Of a stretch of 64,000 bases of DNA, positions 8,945-19,016 are shown piece by piece. Each line of letters begins with the position of its first letter. Position 1 is the stretch's first letter. The stretch lies in contig NZ_DATFZD010000137.1 in assembly GCF_035314665.1 (NCBI RefSeq), positions 4,617-68,616 on the forward strand. Direction: 5' to 3'. The position numbers were made by a program, and so were the translations under genes. The notes beneath the pieces are model-generated. The model saw only the letters and a list, made by a program, of their open reading frames with translations, made no database searches and was not told the DNA's origin. This stretch comes from Mycobacterium sp. GTDB taxonomy: Bacteria > Actinomycetota > Actinomycetes > Mycobacteriales > Mycobacteriaceae.

Positions 8945-9709
8945 ATGGCGGACCACGACACCGGTAAGGTCCGATCTGTGACAAACCACGAGGTAACAGA
9001 TGGTGTGACGGTCGTCCGATTCGACCATCCGCCGGTCAATGCGCAAGATCTGGACCTGCTCGAAGTCATCATCGCATCGATGCGAAAAGTAGAGGGACCT
9101 GTCGTCATCACCGGCGCCGGCCGGTGCTTCTCGGCCGGTGTCGACCTGCGTGCGCTCATCGACGGTGGCACCGAGTACGCCGAGCGCTTCGTCGCCGCGC
9201 TGTCGGAGGCGTTCCTCGCGGTGTTCGACCACCCGGCGCCAGTGGTCGCCGCGATCAACGGGCATGCCATTGCGGGCGGGTGTATCCTGGCCATGTGCGC
9301 CGACGTACGACTGATGTCGGCGGGCACGATCGGCCTCACGGAGCTTTCGGTCGGCGTCCCGTTTCCGGTGGCCGCGCTGGAGATATGCCGCTTTGCGATG
9401 GGAACATCGGCGACCCGAGCAGCGCTGCAGGCTAAGACGATTGACGCGAACACCGCGCTGGCCCGAGGCTGGATCGACGAGGTTGTCCCGAATGACGAGC
9501 TGATTTCCCAGGCGGTTGCGACCGCGCGCGAACTCGGCGAGTACTCACCGTCTGCGTACGCGGCCACCAAGCGACAGCTGCACCAGCCGGTTCGCGTCGC
9601 GATAGACGGCGGCGCGGAAATGGATGCCGAGGTGCGGGCGAGTTGGATCAACGAGGAAACACGCGGCCGCATCGCCGCATTTGTCGAAGCGCTTGCCCGC
9701 AACCGCTAA
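8945..9709 (+). CDS. Enoyl-CoA hydratase/isomerase
   Basis: FSAGVDL and AAINGHAIAGG. Start is 8945 or 8978. Confidence 0.88.
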   Translation: MADHDTGKVRSVTNHEVTDGVTVVRFDHPPVNAQDLDLLEVIIASMRKVEGPVVITGAGRCFSAGVDLRALIDGGTEYAERFVAALSEAFLAVFDHPAPVVAAINGHAIAGGCILAMCADVRLMSAGTIGLTELSVGVPFPVAALEICRFAMGTSATRAALQAKTIDANTALARGWIDEVVPNDELISQAVATARELGEYSPSAYAATKRQLHQPVRVAIDGGAEMDAEVRASWINEETRGRIAAFVEALARNR

Positions 9710-9720
9710 GTTGGCCCACT

Positions 9721-10185
9721 GTGAGCTTTTGGATCGCCCACGCCGCGGAGACGCTGACCGAAGAGATACCCGCGACACCCGACCAGGTACGCGACTTCTA
9801 CGTGGATCTGGACAACATCAAAGTCGTGCACCCGCTGGTCGTTTCGGTGCAAACCATATCGCGCAGCGAGGCCGCTGACGGCTACGTCCAGACGTATCGG
9901 GTGCGCGACCGTATCCCGTTGGGGGCGTTCGCGCTGCGGATTAGCTACTGGGCCCGCGTCGAGGTTCCGGTGCACGGAGATGTGCTCACCGAGGCGCGCC
10001 AGTTCCCCCGGGTGCGGCTGCGCGGCGCCGTGACCTTCGAGCCGATCGACTCGGGCACCCGTCTGACCGAGCGATTACAGATTGCGGCTCCCCGGCTGCT
10101 GGCCGCGACGACCCGACGCGAAGCGGTCAACGCGCACACCGCGATGTTGGCGGGCATCCGCAGCCACTTCGCGCAGTCGGCATAA
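9721..10185 (+). CDS. SRPBCC/polyketide-cyclase-like ligand-binding protein
   Basis: START-like pattern (IPATPDQVRDFY...GTRLTERLQI), ~154 aa. Confidence 0.7.
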   Translation: MSFWIAHAAETLTEEIPATPDQVRDFYVDLDNIKVVHPLVVSVQTISRSEAADGYVQTYRVRDRIPLGAFALRISYWARVEVPVHGDVLTEARQFPRVRLRGAVTFEPIDSGTRLTERLQIAAPRLLAATTRREAVNAHTAMLAGIRSHFAQSA

Positions 10186-10192
10186 TCGGCGT

Positions 10193-10387
10193 GTGCCACA
10201 CACGACGAACGCACTCGCCAACCCAGATCAGCCGCATCACGCGCTTGTGCGCGAGTTGGAACGCTACATCGCGGCCCACAATCCCGACCTGACCGACGTC
10301 AACGTGCTAAGCGTGACGGACACCGGTCGGGTCGACAAGACCCACAAGCCGGTCCGCCACTGGTACCACGTCAGCTACGAAGCGTGA
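10193..10387 (+). CDS. Small hypothetical protein (64 aa)
   Basis: GC3-biased codons. Fills the gap between SRPBCC and the convergent ligase. Confidence 0.5.
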   Translation: MPHTTNALANPDQPHHALVRELERYIAAHNPDLTDVNVLSVTDTGRVDKTHKPVRHWYHVSYEA

Positions 10388-10393
10388 CAGCGA

Positions 10394-11863
10394 TCAGCTC
10401 AGATGCTGTCGCAGCTCTCGCTTGAGCACCTTGCCGTAGCTGTTCTTCGGTAGCTGGTCGACGATCAGATAGCGCTTGGGGCGCTTGAAGCGGGCGATGC
10501 GCTGCAGCAGATGCGCGTCGAGCTCGTTGGGTTCGGCCGCGCCGACGATGAACGCGACCACGACCTCGCCCCATTCGGCGTCCGGTGCTCCGACCACGCA
10601 AGCCTCCGACACCCCCGGATGCTCGAGCAGCGCCTCCTCCACCTCGCGGGGATAAATGTTGGTGCCGCCGCTGATCACGACATCTTTCGAACGGTCGTGC
10701 AGTGTCAGGTAACCACGTGCATCGAAGGAGCCCATATCGCCGGTGCGCAGCCACCCGTTGTGCAGTGCCGCATCAGTGGCATCGGGGTTGTGCCAGTAGC
10801 CGGACATGACAACGTCTCCGCGGCAGACGATCTCACCGATCTCACCGATGCTCGCAGGTGTGTCGTCGGCGCGCAGCACCGCGACTTCCATACCCGACCG
10901 CGGGTAACCGACAGAGCCCAAGATCGCGTCGCTGGCCGCTTCGTGGTTCGCACGGCGCAAGCCCGTGATGGTCATCGGTGACTCGCCCTGGCCGTAAATC
11001 TGGGCGAAAACCGGTCCGAAGGCAGCAAGCGCTTTCTTAATGCTCTCCACGTACATCGGACCGCCGCCGTAGACGATGGTGCGCAGCTGGCTCGGGCGCG
11101 CGCGACCGGTTTCGACAACCCGCTGCACCATCGTCGGCGCGAGGAAGGCGCTGCACCCCGGATGACATTCGCACAGGTCCAGGAATTCGCCCGGATCGAA
11201 CCCGCCGCGCGGCGGCACCACCTGGCGGGCGCCACGCAGCACATAGGCCGGAATGTAGAGGCCGGAACCGTGCGACATCGGCGCGGCGTGCACCAGGCTG
11301 CATCCCTCGTCGGGTGCGTCGATGTCGGCGAGGTGAGCGATCGTCATCGCCATCAGGTTGCGGTGGCTGAGCATGGCGCCTTTGGACCGGCCAGTAGTCC
11401 CGCTGGTGTAGAACAGCCAGGCCAGCGTCGACGGATCGGTGCACGGCGCCGCTGCGGGCGCAGCGAGCAGACGATCCGAGTAGTCTTCTGTCTCAATGCT
11501 TTCCACCGGAAAGCCGGAGCCTGACCCTAGCTGCGCGGCGATCGTTGCCGAGGCGAATACTTGTGAGACGCCGGCATCTTCCAGGATTTGCACCATTTCG
11601 CGGGGATGCAGTTTGTAGTTGATCGGGACCGCGACGCACTCCGCCGCCCAAATCCCGAACAGCAGTTCAACGATCTCCGGGCGATTCTCACTGATGATCG
11701 CAAGCCGCGCGCCCGCGGGGCAGTGCTGCCGAATCGAGCCCGCCAGGTGCAGCGCGCGGTCCCGCAGCTCCTGCCAGGTACAGTAGCGCCGCTCGCCGTG
11801 ATACACGGCGCCGCGATCGGGAAAGCGCTGCGCGGTCTGCTCCAGCAGCGCGAACAGGTTCAC
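10394..11863 (-). CDS. Acyl-CoA synthetase (AMP-binding)
   Basis: [19 protein letters not shown] and GKVLK. GTG at 11863 overlaps the SDR stop. Confidence 0.9.
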   Translation of the reverse strand: MNLFALLEQTAQRFPDRGAVYHGERRYCTWQELRDRALHLAGSIRQHCPAGARLAIISENRPEIVELLFGIWAAECVAVPINYKLHPREMVQILEDAGVSQVFASATIAAQLGSGSGFPVESIETEDYSDRLLAAPAAAPCTDPSTLAWLFYTSGTTGRSKGAMLSHRNLMAMTIAHLADIDAPDEGCSLVHAAPMSHGSGLYIPAYVLRGARQVVPPRGGFDPGEFLDLCECHPGCSAFLAPTMVQRVVETGRARPSQLRTIVYGGGPMYVESIKKALAAFGPVFAQIYGQGESPMTITGLRRANHEAASDAILGSVGYPRSGMEVAVLRADDTPASIGEIGEIVCRGDVVMSGYWHNPDATDAALHNGWLRTGDMGSFDARGYLTLHDRSKDVVISGGTNIYPREVEEALLEHPGVSEACVVGAPDAEWGEVVVAFIVGAAEPNELDAHLLQRIARFKRPKRYLIVDQLPKNSYGKVLKRELRQHLS

Positions 11864-12642
11864 CTTGCCGTCCACTCCGACGTCAACGCGAATTTCGACA
11901 GGTACTTCGTGGAGCTCCATCCACCGTCGACCACGATGGTTTGCCCGTTGATGAAACTGCCGCCGGGCGAGCACAAGAAAGCGACCGTGCTCGCCACGTC
12001 GTCGACGGTACCCAACCGCTGATGCGGTGTCATCTCGACCTGCATCCGACGAAATCGCGGATCCTGCAACCGCTCTTCGGTCATCGCCGTCTGGATGACG
12101 CCGGGAGCCACCGCGTTGCAGCGTATTCCGTGCGACCCGTACTGGCAGGCGATATGAGTGGTCAGCGCGGTCAGCCCGCCTTTGGCCGCGGAGTACGGAC
12201 CGCCGCGAAGACCGCCCACGACGGCGAACGTCGAGGTGATGTTGATGATGGCCGATCCGGGCTGCATGTGCGGCAGCACGTCGCGCGCCAGCCGGAACGG
12301 CGCGCGCAACATCACGTTGAGGAAGTAATCCAGCGTCTCGTCGTCGGTCCCGTGCAGCGGTGTGGGGTTTCCGACCCCGGCGTTGTTGATCAGGAAATCG
12401 ATCCGGCCCCAGCGTTCGACCGCGGTTTCGACGATCCGGCTGGGCGCATCGTCGTCGGTCAGGTCGACCGCAACGGTTGCGATACGGTCAGGTGCGCCAA
12501 TGGCTTCCGCCAACTCGGCGAGCCGCTGTTCATTGCGGCCGGTGGCAACGACCGCCATTCCCATTTCGGAGAGCTTGGTCGCGCATCCGAAGCCGATACC
12601 GCCCGTTGCGCCGGTTACGATCGCTATCTGCATGTCATCCAT
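11860..12642 (-). CDS. SDR family oxidoreductase
   Basis: [17 protein letters not shown]. Confidence 0.9.
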   Translation of the reverse strand: MDDMQIAIVTGATGGIGFGCATKLSEMGMAVVATGRNEQRLAELAEAIGAPDRIATVAVDLTDDDAPSRIVETAVERWGRIDFLINNAGVGNPTPLHGTDDETLDYFLNVMLRAPFRLARDVLPHMQPGSAIINITSTFAVVGGLRGGPYSAAKGGLTALTTHIACQYGSHGIRCNAVAPGVIQTAMTEERLQDPRFRRMQVEMTPHQRLGTVDDVASTVAFLCSPGGSFINGQTIVVDGGWSSTKYLSKFALTSEWTAR

Positions 12643-14230
12643 CCGTCTTGGTGAGGGCCGCCTGGATTTGGTGCTTGAGCACCTTGCCGGCGTCGTTTCG
12701 CGGGAGTTGTTCCCAGATCACTACTTGCTCGGGTGCTTTGAATGTGGCGACCCCTTGGGCCTGCAGGAAACTGCGCAGGCTCGCGACGTCAGGACGGGAC
12801 TGATCCGTCGGCACGATGACGGCGCAAGCCCGCTCGCCGGTGCGAGTATCCGGCAGGCCGACAACGGCGATCTCCGCGACTCCGGGATGGTCGATGAGGA
12901 TGTCCTCGATTTCCTTGGGCGCGATGTTCTCGCCGTTGCGGATGATGACGTCCTTGGCACGCCCGGTGACGACGAGGTAGTCGTGATCGACCCAGCGGGC
13001 GAGATCACCGGTGCGGAAGTAGCCTTCGGCGTCGAACGATCCGGATTCATCGCCAGGGTGCGCGTAGCCGACCAGCATCTGCGGGCCGCGGGCCAGGATC
13101 TCGCCACCGCCGGCGGTGTCGTCGCCGAGCTTGATCTGCGCGAATCCGGCGCGGCCGTCGGTGTCCGCGGCATGGTCGGGGTCGAGCGGCGCACCGACCG
13201 TCGTCACCGGAACCTCGGTCGAGCCGTACACCCGGGTCACGACGGCGCGCGCGAAATACTCAGCCGCTCTGCGGATCAGCGACGGCGACACCGATGCGCC
13301 GCCGCAGACGAAAAGCTTGAGCTCCGGCAATCGGGTACCGGCGCGCTCGGCGGCGGCGAGTAACTGCTCCAGAAAGGGTGTCGCTCCGGCGATGTGCGTG
13401 CAGTGCTGTTCTCGGATGAGTTCAACCGCTTCATCGGCGTTCCAGCGTTCCATCAGAACCGTCGACGTGCCCAGCAGCAGCGGACATTCAAACGCGTAGA
13501 TGGAGCCGCCGATGTGCGCGATCGGCGACGGCACCAGAAACCTGTCGCCGGGCCGTACCTGCCAGTAGTCGCGGAGCTGGCAGATCAGCGCGTGCATCGA
13601 GTTGTGGCTGTGCAGAACACCTTTAGGCCGACCCGTGGTCCCCGATGTATAGAGGATCATGCGCACCGCATCCGGATCCAGCGTCGGCAGCTCGACGGCC
13701 GGCGAGGTCGCCGTGGGCAGCGATGCGCCACCGCGGACCACGACGACCTCCGGCGGTGAATCCATCTGGCTGACCACCCGATCCAGCATCGCCACATAGT
13801 CGTGCCGCGCGAAAACCGATGGCACGAAAATCATCCGAGTGTCTGCGTCGTTGAGAATGAACAGCAGCTCCCGCTCCCGCAGCGACGGCAGAATCGGGTT
13901 CACCACCATTCCGGCCATCGTCGCGGCCAGGTAAATGATCGTGGCCTCATGCCAATTGGGCAGCATCAACGACACCACGCTGCCGACCGGCATGCGGGCA
14001 AGCATCGTCTGCGCCAGTGCCGACGCCTGGTCGTAAAGGCTTCGGCAGTCCAGTTGGCATGCCGCGTCGATCAGCACGATTCGCTGCGGTGTGCGCTGCG
14101 CGGCCTCGACCAGCGAGTCGGCAAGGGTGCCACGCACCCACCACCCGTGCCCGTAGGCGTCGGCGGCCCGCTCGTCGTCCCAGCGGACCTGTCGTCCATC
14201 GATCAGTTTTCCGGTCACATTGCTTGGCAT
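12635..14230 (-). CDS. Acyl-CoA ligase (cyclohexanecarboxylate-CoA-ligase/FadK-like)
   Basis: [25 protein letters not shown]. Confidence 0.88.
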   Translation of the reverse strand: MPSNVTGKLIDGRQVRWDDERAADAYGHGWWVRGTLADSLVEAAQRTPQRIVLIDAACQLDCRSLYDQASALAQTMLARMPVGSVVSLMLPNWHEATIIYLAATMAGMVVNPILPSLRERELLFILNDADTRMIFVPSVFARHDYVAMLDRVVSQMDSPPEVVVVRGGASLPTATSPAVELPTLDPDAVRMILYTSGTTGRPKGVLHSHNSMHALICQLRDYWQVRPGDRFLVPSPIAHIGGSIYAFECPLLLGTSTVLMERWNADEAVELIREQHCTHIAGATPFLEQLLAAAERAGTRLPELKLFVCGGASVSPSLIRRAAEYFARAVVTRVYGSTEVPVTTVGAPLDPDHAADTDGRAGFAQIKLGDDTAGGGEILARGPQMLVGYAHPGDESGSFDAEGYFRTGDLARWVDHDYLVVTGRAKDVIIRNGENIAPKEIEDILIDHPGVAEIAVVGLPDTRTGERACAVIVPTDQSRPDVASLRSFLQAQGVATFKAPEQVVIWEQLPRNDAGKVLKHQIQAALTKTDG

Positions 14231-14248
14231 CGCGATCTATGGGTGAGG

Positions 14249-14989
14249 TTAGCTGCGCACGCGTCGCATCGTCATCGAGTGACGGAAACGCGCGGCGGGA
14301 TGCGTGTTGATCGTCACCTGGGCGACCTCGCCGTCGGACGTGGTGTAGGTGCGGTGCACCTCGAGTCCCGGGCTATCGCCGTCGACGCTGAGCTCCTCGG
14401 CGAGCAGCGGCGAGATCAACACCGCTGCGATCTCTTGGCGAACCTCGATGATGCTCAGCCCGAAAAGGTCTTCGATCAGCGGGAAGATCGGACCGGTATG
14501 ACGTGGCAGCAGTCTGCCCACGGCCGCGAATGCCCGGTTGATGTAGTACTCGGTTCGGCACACCGGAAACGTCGCACCCTCGATCCGCCGGAAACCACGG
14601 ACGGCCAACCATTCTTCGCCGCGGCTGAGCCCGGTTCGGGTGGCCAGCTCATCGTCGATCATCACCATTCCGGTGGACTCGATCGCGAATTGCGCGCCGG
14701 TCGCGAAGGCCAGCAGGTCGTTGATCGAGACGACGTCTTGAACGTAGGAGTCTGAGGAGGGCCGCGGTACGACCAGCGTGCCGGCCCGGGGTCGGGATGC
14801 GACGAGATTGTCGTCGCGTAGCCGTCGCAACGCCTCCCGGACGGTGTAGCGACTGACCGAAAACCGCTCGCACAGTTGATGTTCGGTGGGAAGCTGCGAC
14901 CCCACCGGGTATACTCCGTCGACGATTTCTTTCCGCAATGCTCGCGCGACCTGAAGGTAGCGGTGGTCGGCTGATCGGTCGTCAGCCAT
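14249..14989 (-). CDS. GntR family regulator (HutC/UTRA subfamily)
   Basis: LPTEHQLCERFSVSRYTVREAL winged HTH plus a C-terminal UTRA-like domain. Confidence 0.9.
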   Translation of the reverse strand: MADDRSADHRYLQVARALRKEIVDGVYPVGSQLPTEHQLCERFSVSRYTVREALRRLRDDNLVASRPRAGTLVVPRPSSDSYVQDVVSINDLLAFATGAQFAIESTGMVMIDDELATRTGLSRGEEWLAVRGFRRIEGATFPVCRTEYYINRAFAAVGRLLPRHTGPIFPLIEDLFGLSIIEVRQEIAAVLISPLLAEELSVDGDSPGLEVHRTYTTSDGEVAQVTINTHPAARFRHSMTMRRVRS

Positions 14990-16589
14990 GGAGACCGTCC
15001 TGCCGCAATGCCAACACGCTGCCCTCCGCGTCGGCCGACACGTAGAGTGTGTCGTCCGACCCGGCGGCGATGCCGGCGAACGGCCCCTGCGGCCCGGAGA
15101 ACGGCGGCATGCCCTTCAGCGGCTTGGGTGATACGCCGGGCGGAGCGCCGATCGGCAAGCCGGAGGCGATCGTGTGCCGGCTTGCATCCTCGAGATCGAC
15201 GGCGATCAACGCCTTGGCGTCGGCGTCGACAACGTATAGCTGCCGCCCGAGAACGAGAATGCCTTGCGGCCTTTGCAAGTCGTCCACCACGGTTTGGACG
15301 CCGGATGCTGTCAGTCTGACCACCCGGCCTGCACCCGCCTCGGCGACCAGGCAGGCGCCGTCGGGCGTGATCGCCAGCCCGATCGGATCGTGCAGGCGCG
15401 ACGCGATCACCTCGACGTGGCCGGCGTGGATCGACAACACCCGTCCGGTCCCGAGTTCGGCCGCGACCACGGCACCGTCGGCGGTGATCGCCACGCCGTA
15501 GAGCTGATCCAATCCGTCTGCCAGCACCTCGGTTTCGCAGCGGGCGGGCCGGTAGCGCGACACCTGACCACCGGAGGTGGTGACGACGAACTCACCGGGT
15601 CCGGCCGGCACCAGGCCGCGCAGGAAACCCGGGTAGCCCGGGGTGAACAGCATGCCGACGGTCTGCAATGTGCGGTCGGGCGTCACAACGTAGAAGTAGG
15701 TGCCGTCGGCGATGTAGAGGTTGCCGTCGGCCCCGACGGCCAGATCCAGCGGCCAGTTCAGCCCGCCCGGCAACACGGTCGAAGTTCCCCCGCCGCTGAG
15801 GATTTCGGTGATCTCGCCGGTGAAATTCGAGACGAACAGCCGATCCCCTACAAAGGTCGAGTTGTCCAGGCCGGGGCTGAGATTGGCCAGTACTGTCTGC
15901 TCGCCGGTGCGCGGCTCGATGCGTAACACCTGGCCGCTGTGTACCTGGGTCGAAACGATGTGGCCTGTCGGATCGAACTTCACCGAGTCGGGCACGCCGA
16001 GGCCGGTGGCGACCGTCTCGGGCGTACCGCCGTCAAGGGCGATCCGCCAGATTTCGTTGGCGCCCATCACCGGGAAGTACAGCAAGCCGTCCGGGCCGAC
16101 CTCCATCGCGTTGGGCGACGGGACATTTTCCAGCAGCACCCGCGGCGGACCGCCGCCCAAGTCAAGCTCGAGAATGCGCCCGCCCTCGCGGCACTCACCG
16201 ATGAACAACCGGCCCTGATGGACGGTGATTCCGTTGGCGGACGGGACATCGTCGCGCAGCACCCGAGTGCGGCCGTCGGCGCTGCGCGCGCTGACCCGAC
16301 CGTCCATGACCTCGGTGGCGTAAAGGTTGCCGCGCGGGTCGAAAGCCACGTCGTCCGGCGCGATGATGTCGCCGCCCTTGGCGCTGATCGTTTCCAGCCC
16401 ACCGGTCCCGATGTCGAGGGCGCTGATCTGGCTGCCGGTCACCTGCGCGATGTAGATCCGGCCGTCGGGGCCGGTCCGCAGACCGTTCGCGCCGAACAGC
16501 CGGCTCGGCGGGGTGAGCCGCTCGCACCGCCAGCCCTCGGCGAGGATCGGTGACATCCCGGCACCCGAGCGCCCTTGTTGTAGCAACAT
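14982..16589 (-). CDS. SMP-30/gluconolactonase-like tandem beta-propeller protein
   Basis: Repeated blades (ANGLRTGPDGRIY, PDDVAFD, PNAMEVGPDG). GGAGG upstream of ATG 16589. Confidence 0.78.
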   Translation of the reverse strand: MLLQQGRSGAGMSPILAEGWRCERLTPPSRLFGANGLRTGPDGRIYIAQVTGSQISALDIGTGGLETISAKGGDIIAPDDVAFDPRGNLYATEVMDGRVSARSADGRTRVLRDDVPSANGITVHQGRLFIGECREGGRILELDLGGGPPRVLLENVPSPNAMEVGPDGLLYFPVMGANEIWRIALDGGTPETVATGLGVPDSVKFDPTGHIVSTQVHSGQVLRIEPRTGEQTVLANLSPGLDNSTFVGDRLFVSNFTGEITEILSGGGTSTVLPGGLNWPLDLAVGADGNLYIADGTYFYVVTPDRTLQTVGMLFTPGYPGFLRGLVPAGPGEFVVTTSGGQVSRYRPARCETEVLADGLDQLYGVAITADGAVVAAELGTGRVLSIHAGHVEVIASRLHDPIGLAITPDGACLVAEAGAGRVVRLTASGVQTVVDDLQRPQGILVLGRQLYVVDADAKALIAVDLEDASRHTIASGLPIGAPPGVSPKPLKGMPPFSGPQGPFAGIAAGSDDTLYVSADAEGSVLALRQDGLHG

Positions 16590-16651
16590 CGGTGGTGACC
16601 TCCGGGCCGAGTTGTCAGGGCGTTTCAGCCGGTGACGATAGCAACAGAGCT

Positions 16652-16759
16652 TGGTCCAGACAATAGATCGGGAGGGCTCCGATGACCCCACTTGACGCTC
16701 AGCCATTTGCAGAGAATCATATTCTCAATTATGCACATCCGCCTATGTTGTCCGGACAA
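16652..16759. promoter_or_regulatory. Divergent promoter with two GntR/HutC-type sites (16652-16663, 16748-16759) and GAGAATCATATTCTC (16712-16726)
   Basis: Perfect palindromes TTGTCCGGACAA and GAGAAT-N3-ATTCTC, plus a 10/12 copy TGGTCCAGACAA. Confidence 0.6.
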
Positions 16760-16767
16760 AAGCAATA

Positions 16768-17616
16768 GTGGCCGATAACCTGCTCAGTCTTGACCATCGC
16801 GTGGTGGTGGTGGCCGGGGCCGCGGGCGGCGGCATCGGCACCACCGTAACGCGCATGGTGGCCGAGGCCGGCGCGACGGTGATCGCGGTCAGCCGGGGCA
16901 AGCAAAATCTCGACGACCATATTGCGCCGCTGATCGAGCAAGGACTGTCGATCGTTCCAGTGGCTGCCGACGTCGCGACCGACGACGGCGTGGCGGCCGC
17001 GATAGAACAGGCGGTGCGCGCCGACGGCGACCTGCATGGGCTGGTCAACGTCGCTGGCGGTGCCGCGCCGTCGACCTGGATGCCTGCGACCCGGGTGACC
17101 CGCAGCGATTGGCGCGACCTGTTCACCCAAAACCTGGAAGCCACGTTCTTCATGAGCCAGGCGATGGCCGCCGAACTGAAAGCACGCAAACGGCGGGGAT
17201 CGATCGTCTCGATCTCCTCGATCAGCGGGATGAACACCGCGCCGTTCCACATCGCCTACGGCACGGCCAAAGCGGCGGTTGCGGCGATGACCCGTACGAT
17301 GGCCGTCGAACTGGCCCTCGACGAAATTCGGGTCAACGCGGTGGCCCCCGGGGTAACCGCGACGCCGGCCTCGCGCACTTACGTCGATGAGGACGCCGGG
17401 CGCGATCGCCGCGCCATCGCGATGGGTCGACGCGGCCGTCCCGAGGAAATCGCCGGCGCCATCCTGTTCCTGTTGTCGGACCTGTCCAGCTACATCACCG
17501 GGCAAACGCTTCTGGTAGACGGCGGCCTGGACCTTAAATGGACACATCTGGACGCCGACAACACCTCGCTGTTCCTCAAAGACGACTCCTTCCGAGCTGC
17601 GATAAGGAGCATGTGA
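16768..17616 (+). CDS. SDR family oxidoreductase
   Basis: AGAAGGGIG, YGTAK, ITGQTLLVDGG. Confidence 0.9.
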   Translation: MADNLLSLDHRVVVVAGAAGGGIGTTVTRMVAEAGATVIAVSRGKQNLDDHIAPLIEQGLSIVPVAADVATDDGVAAAIEQAVRADGDLHGLVNVAGGAAPSTWMPATRVTRSDWRDLFTQNLEATFFMSQAMAAELKARKRRGSIVSISSISGMNTAPFHIAYGTAKAAVAAMTRTMAVELALDEIRVNAVAPGVTATPASRTYVDEDAGRDRRAIAMGRRGRPEEIAGAILFLLSDLSSYITGQTLLVDGGLDLKWTHLDADNTSLFLKDDSFRAAIRSM

Positions 17617-19016
17617 TGACCGATCTAGCCAAGGATGTGAATTCGGCAGCGGCTGAGGAACTTTCGAAACCCACGACGATCGGCGTCGAGGCGTACATCA
17701 GCGAGAGCTACGCCCGCGCCGAGCGCGACAAGCTGTGGCGAAAAGTCTGGCAGCAGGTTGGCCGTGTCGAGGAACTGCCCGAGGTAGGCAGTTACCTGAC
17801 CTACGACATTCTCGACGACTCGATCATCGTGGTGCGCACCGGCGACACCGAGTTCAGGGCCCACCACAACGTCTGTATGCACCGCGGCCGCCGGCTGATC
17901 GACACACCCGAGGGGGCGAAAAACGCCTGCGGCCGCGCCCGCAAGTCAATCGTCTGCGGCTTCCACGGCTGGACCTACGGCCTGGACGGGGCGTGCACGT
18001 ACATCCGCGAACAGCAAGACTGGCAGGAAGCGCTGACGCCCGACAACACCCACCTTCGACCAGTCAAGGCCGACACCTGGGGCGGTTGGTTGTGGATCAA
18101 CATGGACCCCGACAGCGAACCGCTGGCCGATTACTTGTTCCCCGCTGCGAAGATTCTCGACCCATTCGGCCTGGAAAACATGCGCTGCAAATGGCGCAAG
18201 TGGCTGTCCTTCGATTGCAACTGGAAAGTCGCGCTGGAGGCGTTCAACGAGACCTACCACGTCTACACAACCCATCCGGAGTTCAACAAGTTCGGCGAAT
18301 TCAAGGGATGGGCCAGGGCGCAGGGCAAACACAGCAACATCGGCTATGACGCGCCAGAGGATCTGGAGGCCACCAAGTCCAAGATCCGCCTCGGCATCGG
18401 CGCCGATCCGCGTGTGTCGACGGCGGAGATGCAGGTGTACACGATGGAGCAGACCAACGCCACCACCACTCAGACGCTGGTGAACGCCGCCAAGCGGCTG
18501 GTTGACGAATTGCCCGAGGGGACACCGGCCGACAAGGTTCTCGAGCATTGGCTGGCATCAGCGCGCCGAGACGACGAAGCCCGCGGCGTGATCTGGCCGA
18601 CCATTCCCTCCGACATTCTCGGACAGGCCGGCACCGCATGGCAGATCTTCCCGAACTTCCAGATCGGGCAAGGCCTGACCAGCGCACTGTGCTACGGCGC
18701 GCGGCCGCACCCCAGCTACAACCCCGACAAATGCCTTTTCGAGGTGTCGGTGTTCGAGCTGTACCCGAAGGGCCAAGAGCCCGAGACCGAGTGGGAATAC
18801 ACACCGGTCGGTGACCCTCGGTGGCGGTCGGTTTTACCACAGGACTTCTCCAACATGGCCGCAGTTCAGCAGGGCATGAAATCCCTTGGTTTCCCGGGCA
18901 CCAAGCCCAACCCGTACCGCGAACGCAGCACCGTCAATCTGCACCACCAGTTGTCGAAGTACATGGGTACCGGCGAACCCCAGGAGCTTTCAGGCGAGGA
19001 GTCCCCACTGGCATGA
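17616..19016 (+). CDS. Rieske non-heme iron oxygenase alpha subunit
   Basis: CMH...CGFH Rieske ligands, NETYHVYTTH mononuclear Fe motif, QD carboxylate. Confidence 0.9.
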   Translation: MTDLAKDVNSAAAEELSKPTTIGVEAYISESYARAERDKLWRKVWQQVGRVEELPEVGSYLTYDILDDSIIVVRTGDTEFRAHHNVCMHRGRRLIDTPEGAKNACGRARKSIVCGFHGWTYGLDGACTYIREQQDWQEALTPDNTHLRPVKADTWGGWLWINMDPDSEPLADYLFPAAKILDPFGLENMRCKWRKWLSFDCNWKVALEAFNETYHVYTTHPEFNKFGEFKGWARAQGKHSNIGYDAPEDLEATKSKIRLGIGADPRVSTAEMQVYTMEQTNATTTQTLVNAAKRLVDELPEGTPADKVLEHWLASARRDDEARGVIWPTIPSDILGQAGTAWQIFPNFQIGQGLTSALCYGARPHPSYNPDKCLFEVSVFELYPKGQEPETEWEYTPVGDPRWRSVLPQDFSNMAAVQQGMKSLGFPGTKPNPYRERSTVNLHHQLSKYMGTGEPQELSGEESPLA

